In this document: positions 19,352-26,700 of the stretch, piece by piece
Layout: every line of letters begins with the position of its first letter
Position numbering within the stretch: the stretch's first letter is position 1
Assembly: GCA_965228855.1 (NCBI GenBank)
Contig: CBDDIJ010000003.1
Span: 1,184,001 to 1,248,000 of the forward strand
Reading direction: 5' to 3'
DNA: 64,000 nt
From: Candidatus Obscuribacterales bacterium
Lineage (GTDB): Bacteria > Cyanobacteriota > Vampirovibrionia > Obscuribacterales > Obscuribacteraceae
Position numbers and translations under genes: made by a program
Notes under the pieces: model-generated
Seen by the model: the letters and a program-made list of their open reading frames with translations, nothing else
What the model was told of the DNA's origin: nothing
Databases searched by the model: none

Positions 19352-20281
19352 CTATTCTTGTATCCCGGCTCCAGTTGTACTCGCGACTCCGGTTGTTCTC
19401 ATATTGCCACCGGCTTTGAAACCAATTCCGGTATCAACTTTTAGATCTAGAGAAACCTGGGCGACCGACGGAGCGCATCCGGCAAGATGATTTTTTCGCT
19501 TTGCGGCCAGCATCACGCGAGCGGGAGCAATAATGCCGTCAACCGGTGCGGGCAAGCTCGATAGTTGGAAATCCAGGTCGGAATCAACGGTTGGTAAACG
19601 TAGTGCGTCCGGTGTTTCACTTTTGTACAAGATCATGGCCTTCGCATTTTTTCGTTTGTCCGTTATCAACTGCTTTGTTTCATCGTTTTTGTCCAGGTCG
19701 ACAAAACCTTTGAGTTGCTCCACGTTGCTCTCGACTTCGTCGATTTTGCCGAACTTGATGATTGCCAGCCGTGGCGTTCCTACTCTGAGCCAGGGCAGTG
19801 TCATCGCGTAGCTTCCTTTAATGTCGTTGAAACGCTGTTGCATTGCTTGAGTTGCTTCTACTTCGGCCAATTGTGCAACTCGTTTTCTCTCGCTACTAAG
19901 CGTCTTGGCCGATTCGCGAGCTTCGTCCAGGAGTGGCTCGGCAAATGATTTGAGATCCGGAAAGATCTTGATTGTGTCATCGAGGTCTTGTCTCGACGAA
20001 TAGACCAACTGCCTGCAACGTACTGTCATGTTGTTAATTTGACCTATGCGATCTTTGTCGTTGAGTTTCTTTGCACCGGCAAGCGCTATCTCATCCGCAG
20101 AGCATTGCAGTCTGTTGTTGACAAAAAACAAGCTGGCGAAGGAATACCCCATTAACAAGGTCACGCATGCGATTGCAAAACAAACGGATGAAAGAACTAA
20201 AAAGTTCCCTCTTGTATTCCGTCTTTGCGTGGCTTGGACTGTACGCCCTGGCTGGCAGTTTTTTTCGTTGTCCCTGTTCAT
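19352..20281 (-). CDS. TadG-like (Tad-domain) minor pilin
   Basis: TRG|NFLVL hydrophobic helix followed by RLQCSADEIALAGA, the typical TadG N-terminal LQxAADAAALAGA motif. Confidence 0.8.
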   Translation of the reverse strand: MNRDNEKNCQPGRTVQATQRRNTRGNFLVLSSVCFAIACVTLLMGYSFASLFFVNNRLQCSADEIALAGAKKLNDKDRIGQINNMTVRCRQLVYSSRQDLDDTIKIFPDLKSFAEPLLDEARESAKTLSSERKRVAQLAEVEATQAMQQRFNDIKGSYAMTLPWLRVGTPRLAIIKFGKIDEVESNVEQLKGFVDLDKNDETKQLITDKRKNAKAMILYKSETPDALRLPTVDSDLDFQLSSLPAPVDGIIAPARVMLAAKRKNHLAGCAPSVAQVSLDLKVDTGIGFKAGGNMRTTGVASTTGAGIQE

Positions 20282-20375
20282 TGTGTTGTAACTCGTGAAT
20301 GAAATCTTTGTACTTTCCCGGTCAGCGATTTGGTTTAGACATTAGGCTCGCTAGCTCTTCGATATTTCAAGAATA

Positions 20376-20402
20376 GAGGACGAACGTCCCACGTTCGTCC
20401 TC
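20376..20402 (-). terminator. Perfect 12-bp hairpin, probable intrinsic terminator or processing stem
   Basis: GAGGACGAACGT-CCC-ACGTTCGTCCTC just downstream of 20433-21059; weak U tract (TATTCTT) on the minus strand. Confidence 0.6.
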
Positions 20403-20432
20403 GAAATGTCTCCGATTTGTCCTCGGACTAAA

Positions 20433-21059
20433 CTAGTCGTCGCTGCCATTCGGGTTTCTGAAATAGAGCCTTCGGGAATTTCGCGAGGGGAAGGATTGCA
20501 TGTTGAACATCACGCTTCCGCCATGACCTGTCTCCACTTCTTGCGCGTAGTCTTCACATCCGCGCCTGAGAAGTGCATCGCAAATATCATCAAAGGTCTG
20601 GTCCGGGACGCTAATCGTAATGATTGGACAGAATCGATGATAGGCTTGAAGCGAGAAATGCATAAGTGCAAAGGCGATTGCTCTGTTCTCTTCTTCCGTG
20701 TTCGCCTTTTGCTCGACGTTTATATGCAGAAGTTTTCCGCGCTCCAGTCCTAGAATGCCTTTACGCTGCATTCCAATCGGTTTGCCGTCGTTGCACCATA
20801 GAGACTCATATTCTTTCGGTTCCTTGTCAGAGAGACTGGGTCTGTAGACCAGGTCGACCTTCACAACCTTGTTTAATTGCGATCCTTTGTACTGGAAGGC
20901 TCGCTTAATCTGTTGTGCTTTCAAGATGACGGTCCACTCGTTGCCATCCGCTGCTACGGCAAATTGATTTGTTGTGAGCACAAGCAAAGCTACAATCGTT
21001 GATGTTAAGCCCAGCAGGCCTGATCGCAACTGCTTTTTCATACAAACGGCGTATTTCAT
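20433..21059 (-). CDS. Exported hypothetical protein (paralog of 18078-18752)
   Basis: GGAGGAG RBS; signal peptide; YESLWCNDGKPIGMQR motif. Confidence 0.72.
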   Translation of the reverse strand: MKYAVCMKKQLRSGLLGLTSTIVALLVLTTNQFAVAADGNEWTVILKAQQIKRAFQYKGSQLNKVVKVDLVYRPSLSDKEPKEYESLWCNDGKPIGMQRKGILGLERGKLLHINVEQKANTEEENRAIAFALMHFSLQAYHRFCPIITISVPDQTFDDICDALLRRGCEDYAQEVETGHGGSVMFNMQSFPSRNSRRLYFRNPNGSDD

Positions 21060-21088
21060 AACTCCTCCAAAAAATTTTTGTGCGATGA

Positions 21089-22732
21089 CTACTTTTGCGC
21101 AACCATGGATAGTGCGATGGATACAGCCTTCTCTGCATCCGGCAACCCGAAGCCGAATTCGTCCGTCCGTTGACCGTTGGTTCCGCAGGCTTGAATTAAG
21201 ACTTGTTGAACTTGCAGCGCAGTCAACTTCGGATTTACACGTGTCACTAGTGACGCAACACCTGCCACCAGCGGTGATGCAAATGATGTTCCGTCTACCG
21301 AACTGGTCTTACCTTTTCTTGTGGTGACCTGGATATCTGCGCCGGGACCACAGAAGTCGACGCAGCGTCCGGTGTTCGATCTCCAGCCGTTGTCCTTGAC
21401 GTTTACCAATTGCAGTGGTGCCGCGCCTTTCTTGATATCTTCTTCGCTGACTTGTTTGATCGCTGAGACAGTGTTGATGTAGTCGTATTCCTTGTATTTC
21501 ATCCGCTCGCCGCTATTTCCTGCAGCTACGAATACCAATCCTTGTCGATTGCGATAGAAGTATTTAAATAGCTCGTGCAACACTTCGTGATTGTCGATGT
21601 CGTTAATACCGTCAACACTGATGTTCACTATTCGGACACGGCGCTCGAGTGCCACCACCATTCCAGCTACGAGACCCATGTCATCAACTTTCTTTGAATC
21701 AGTAATCTTAATTGGAACGATATCAAGATCAGGATTTATTCCCACCGTGCCTTTGCCGTTTTCTCGTCCACCTGCACAGGAGGCGACGTTAGTTCCATGA
21801 CCGACATTGTCGCCCGTGCCCATGCTGAGAGTGTGAGCATAGTTGCCCCAGTGCTCGATCTCGTTTTCGAGATCCTCAACGTCGTCGCCGCCGATTCCGG
21901 TTCCTAGAAAACCATCCATCTCATCTTCCAATTTGTCGGCGATTTCTTTGTGGACCCCGGTGACATCAGCACCCCAACTGCCTATTCCGGTGTCTCCTTC
22001 CCACGAGCACCCCGAGTCGAGAATCGCCATGCCATTGTAGACATACCAGTTGTTGGGACCTTTGCGAACTTTATCCATCGCCTCGAACGCATGCATCTTC
22101 GGCAGATGCCACGAGAGCGAAACCGTAGGATCGGTAGGAACATGCGGACCCGCGCACAGATTCATTGATCTGTTTACGTTTACCGCCTGAAAATTCTTGG
22201 TGTCTTTGCCGAGCTTAGCCTCGGTTTGCAAGCCTTTCCCCTTCTCTGCTCGGAGAACGAGAACTTTATAATCACCTTTGCCTATGCTACCAATTACGGT
22301 ACCATGAACATCTTCAAGTGCTTTGTTCAGACTTTCCTTCTCCGCGCCGGCTTTCGGCATGACTAGAAGGATATCGCTGCCTGTGGTCAGATCTGGATTA
22401 TTGTGGCGGTACTGCTTCTTCGGTTTCGCCGCCAGCTTGTTTTGATAGTATTGAGCATATTGCTGTTGCTGACGCATGCGCTGGGCTTGCTGCATCTGTG
22501 CCATCTGCTGAGCTCTCCATTGAGCAATTTGCTGTGGCGTCCACTTGCGCTGGGCCGTTTGTGGCTTTGCCGCCCGGGTCGTCGTACCCGCTTGTGTCTT
22601 CTGAGCGACCGGTGCAGCCGCTGCGCCCATTGAAAACGTTGAAGATAGACCCATGATGGCTGCCATACCCGTTACAGCTGCTTTCCTCAGCTGTTTGCCG
22701 TTTTTTAATAGGTTTAATAACCCGATATCCAT
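21089..22732 (-). CDS. Secreted subtilisin-like serine protease (S8)
   Basis: Catalytic residues AILDSG / GHGTNVA / AAGNSG / GTSFASP; signal peptide and Gln-rich pro-region; GGAGG RBS. Confidence 0.92.
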   Translation of the reverse strand: MDIGLLNLLKNGKQLRKAAVTGMAAIMGLSSTFSMGAAAAPVAQKTQAGTTTRAAKPQTAQRKWTPQQIAQWRAQQMAQMQQAQRMRQQQQYAQYYQNKLAAKPKKQYRHNNPDLTTGSDILLVMPKAGAEKESLNKALEDVHGTVIGSIGKGDYKVLVLRAEKGKGLQTEAKLGKDTKNFQAVNVNRSMNLCAGPHVPTDPTVSLSWHLPKMHAFEAMDKVRKGPNNWYVYNGMAILDSGCSWEGDTGIGSWGADVTGVHKEIADKLEDEMDGFLGTGIGGDDVEDLENEIEHWGNYAHTLSMGTGDNVGHGTNVASCAGGRENGKGTVGINPDLDIVPIKITDSKKVDDMGLVAGMVVALERRVRIVNISVDGINDIDNHEVLHELFKYFYRNRQGLVFVAAGNSGERMKYKEYDYINTVSAIKQVSEEDIKKGAAPLQLVNVKDNGWRSNTGRCVDFCGPGADIQVTTRKGKTSSVDGTSFASPLVAGVASLVTRVNPKLTALQVQQVLIQACGTNGQRTDEFGFGLPDAEKAVSIALSMVAQK

Positions 22733-22971
22733 TTGAGTAAACCTCCTGAAGTGTGTTTTGCGTGATTGGCATCGCCATCAACGCCATAATCACGAGAATA
22801 GAGGTCATTCGTCCCAACTTTGTCCTTTAGATGTCCCTGAAATGTCTCCGGTTGCATCCAAATCGTAAAGTTAGCTATATAAAGATTGAATGTTGTTTGA
22901 AAGCGCAGATCTGGGAAAATTTCCAGTGTAGAGCTTTCCGCCTTCGTCCCGTCCAAATTGAGGAGCCCGAC

Positions 22972-23262
22972 ATGAATAATGGTTTTAGAAGATTCTCGTC
23001 TCTGTTACTATCCGCAGCTGTACTCGTGCTCGGGATTGCGACTACCCCTCAGGCAGCTGAGGCTCGCCACTGCAAGAGTGGATACAAAGCCTATAAACGC
23101 TCTTCCAACTGTGGGCCAAACTACGGGCACCGCGCGTACAAGGTGAACAGAAAGAGCAACAGAATTGCTTATAAGGAAAACAAACGCGCAATTAAGTCAA
23201 ATGCTGTAAACGCTCAACGTGCCAACAAGAGCTACAGAAAAGCAGTTAGACGCTCGCGTTAA
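22972..23262 (+). CDS. Small secreted highly basic protein
   Basis: GAGGAG RBS, signal peptide ending AAEA, K/R/Y-rich mature part with two Cys. Confidence 0.7.
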   Translation: MNNGFRRFSSLLLSAAVLVLGIATTPQAAEARHCKSGYKAYKRSSNCGPNYGHRAYKVNRKSNRIAYKENKRAIKSNAVNAQRANKSYRKAVRRSR

Positions 23263-23304
23263 GCGCTGTTAGCTTGGGTTTCTTTAGTTGGGATAAAACA
23301 GATT

Positions 23305-23331
23305 AGAGGATCACCGTGTGGTCCTCTTTTG
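23305..23331 (+). terminator. Rho-independent terminator
   Basis: AGAGGATCAC-CGT-GTGGTCCTCT followed by T run, between convergent genes. Confidence 0.7.
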
Positions 23332-23353
23332 TTATGACAAACTTCCTCTACAA

Positions 23354-23707
23354 TTAATCTCGTTCTTTCAGAGCTTCCTCAATATCGCGAGTAAGTTTTC
23401 TGTACTCGATTTCTACGTCAGGATCAAGAGTTAAACCGGCTACGGCTGTTGCTGTGGCCATATAGTCGAGTTCTTGTTTTCGCGCGATCATTTTCTCCAG
23501 GCGATTCTTTGCTGCCGCTCTTTCCTCGGAACTTACTGGGCTCTGATTGTGTTTAATAAGTGTGACGCTGCCGTCGGGCAAAACGCTGATATCGCGCCGG
23601 TCAAATCCCATTGATATGAGGCGTTCGATTTCCGCTTTTGTCTTTGCGGATTGTCCTTTTGTGTCGTCAGAATGCGCGTTAATGGCTACTTTCCTCTTTC
23701 GGAGCAC
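23354..23707 (-). CDS. Small hypothetical protein immediately downstream of the giant protein (candidate immunity/partner)
   Basis: 117-aa ORF starting 6 nt after the stop of 23714-29182; start codon uncertain. Confidence 0.6.
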   Translation of the reverse strand: MLRKRKVAINAHSDDTKGQSAKTKAEIERLISMGFDRRDISVLPDGSVTLIKHNQSPVSSEERAAAKNRLEKMIARKQELDYMATATAVAGLTLDPDVEIEYRKLTRDIEEALKERD

Positions 23708-23713
23708 TTGGAT

Positions 23714-26700
23714 TTATCTTTGCATTACCGGAGTATATGCCGGTGGCGTTCGTAAATCGACACGCTGCTCCCGACCGAGTTCTTCGCTGAAGCGATCCCA
23801 GATTTTTCGAGCGCGGTCGAGTTCTTCCGGTGTCGCTGTGGAGTAGTCGATTAAGTCAGGATTTTCTTTTGTGCCTGTCCAGCCGGGCACCTTGTCGATC
23901 GCTCCTTCTGTGGGTAACCCCAGCTGGCTTCGTCCCTCTGCTGAATTTATCCATTGATTGACTCTGCTCTGAGCCGATTCGATGTCGCCTTGCATCCGAG
24001 CTGACTGCTGTTGAACGTACGCACGTGTTTGCTCGGTTGCTACACCTAGCTTGCCTTTCTCCGGAGCGCCAAGGAAGTCTCGCTGGCTTTGTTTCCAGCT
24101 ATCGACTGATGAGATCTGGGATGGGTTTTCAGGATTGCCGTAAAGCACGTGTCGGTCCTGGAAGAAAACGGCTTTGCCTGGACCGCGCAAACCTATAATT
24201 TTGCTCAGTCCGCCTGGACCTGCGTAGTTGTCGATTCCGTCAGCATCGATTAGCCCGCGTGAGAATTTATTCCAGCTGTTTCCTTCGTTGGGCACGTACC
24301 AGTAGTCTAAACCGGTGCGTTGCAAAAGAGCCTGTTCATCGGGCGTGAGGTTGACTGCTTTGGCGCCTGGGGGACCGCCCGGAACATGTATTAAGCCTTC
24401 TGGACCGAGTGCAAATGGATTTGAGATTTTTGCTTTCAAGCTATTGAAGGCGGTCGTTTCAGCATCGGTCATTACGCGATTTTCAGCCTTTATTGAACCT
24501 TGAATTGCTCCACCATAAATCATTGCCATAAACTCCGGAGGTGCAACCTGGTGTTCGAGAATAGCCTGTCGAATACCCGCGATGCGATCGGCGGACATGT
24601 CCGCAAGGTGAGTCTTCGCGAAGTGTTCGAATGCGGTCGCTCCGTCCACGTTGTGAGTGGTGAAATTGAACTTGGTCTTCAAACCGTCAGAGAACATGGC
24701 CGACAGAAGTAGATCTTGTGTCTCTGCTTTTGAGAAATTGTTACGAGCTGCATAGTCAACTGCGGCGCCGAATTCGCGCTGCGTGTGTTTCCAGTTGATG
24801 GCTTGCTCCGGATCGATTTCGACCATTCTTGTGCCGTGCTCGCGAACAGTTTGCAGTCCATCAAGAATTTGATTGCGCTCTGTCTCACTCATGCCGAGCT
24901 TTTTCGCAAGGCTATCGAATTCCTCTCCGACGTTTTTGCCGTCGATAGTTTTCCAACTGTGCAAGTCTTCTACTAGATCCGGGCGCACGCGATCAAATTC
25001 GGACTTCGCATAAGTTGGAAATTCGCTTTCGATAGGATTGCCTTTGGAGTCGACGATCGCTCCATGCTCATTAATGGTTTGACCACGCTCGTTAACTAGC
25101 CTGCCTTGACCGTTTACAAGTTTTCCATCTTCGTTGATTAACTGTCCACGCTCGTTTACAAGCCGTCCCTGCTGGTTGATCAACTGACCTTTTTCGTTGC
25201 GCCTGAGATTCGCTTGTTCTGGTGTGCCACCGTTATTGGTGCTAACGGGAGCTGCGTCAGTCGTCGGTTTCGCTGCGTCAGTTTGTCCGCTGGGACTGCT
25301 GTCTGTCTGACCTGTTGGCGCTGCGTCTGTTTGAGTTCCTGATTTGGTTCCGTGCGTTCCATCCTTTGGCTGCGGGATAGCTTCCGTAGTGGTGCGAGTA
25401 GCGGTGACAGTTTCTCCGGGGGTAGGATCTTTCACTCTCGGACCGTCGATTATTTTGTCTCCATCCATTAAGCGTCCACGGTCTGTTATAGTTTCGGTCG
25501 TGCCGTTGGCGCGGCGCACCGTTACAGGATCTCCCGGTGAGCCATGGACCACGACGTCGACTGCACCAGTCGCCGCATTAATTTCTTTGCTTACGTTCAA
25601 AACATATTTGCCACCGGCGGCGATACCTTTGAATGCCACAGGCATGATCAAACCGACCGCGCCGCCAATCATAGTCTGATCTCTAAGACTCGTCAGATCA
25701 AGACCGTGTTCGTTGAAAGGTGCGTCCGCGAGTGTTGCTACCGCATTGCCTCCCGCGCCAATTAAGGAGCTTTCTCCCATCTGTTTCAACATTCGGACAG
25801 CTACTTGTTTTCCGCCTTCAGCGGCTTGTTGATTCAAAGCCTGCATGCCAACTTCGATTGCTGTTCCATAATTGCGAGATACACTGCCGACAAGTTGAGT
25901 AGCTAAGGCATTTGTCGCATCTGCTCCCAAACTTGGAGCCGCTTGCTTTAAAACGGCAAGCGCTTCTTGCTGCCCGAAGTTTTTGCCTGCCTGCATCAGT
26001 GATTCGGCAAGGGCTCTCTCTACGGCTGCCCGTTCTGCTGCCTGTAATCCGGCCACGGAGCCAGCGACTGCTCCGTCGGCAAGTATTGCTTTTGCTCCTT
26101 GACCGAAGACGGCTGTAACCCTTCCGACTGGAGGAATCGCAAAAATCAAACCGCCCGCAACGGCACCATGGACGATATCACGCATCATGTGGCTGCGATC
26201 GTAGTCATTGCCAGTGAATGCCATCTTCGTGCCTACCGTGACAGCCGCTCCTGCAGTAGCAGCGACGCCGGCCCATGTTGCCAATGCAGCTACCGACATC
26301 CCGGCAGTGAATGGTGCGGTCGCCAGTGCTGCTGCCGTGATCGTAGCAGTTATCACCATCTCAGCTAGCTTCTCCTTCGACTGTTTGTGTTGCTCCCATG
26401 ATTGATTGAAATATTCGTCGAGCGCCTTCTGTTTGTCAGCGGGCAAAGTTTGGTAAATGCGCTGATATTCTTCCAGTGAATTCGCGGTCTGGTCGATAGA
26501 GCGTTGCATCGTGAGGTATGTTCCGTCCGCGGCTGCACCGCTGTCGCTGCGAAGGGACTTCCAGACATTGTCGTAGAATGTTTGCCTGCCATCGCCTGTT
26601 TCCGGTGTAAGGAGTCTCTTGAATTCGTCGACTTGTTTATCGTCCACTTGCGATAACATCGCGTCGTCCAAGTCCCTGTTGTACTTGAGTGCGAATTCGT

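Noticed and set aside
22831..22971. N-terminal extension of ORF 22831-23262
   Set aside because: RBS and signal peptide point to ATG 22972
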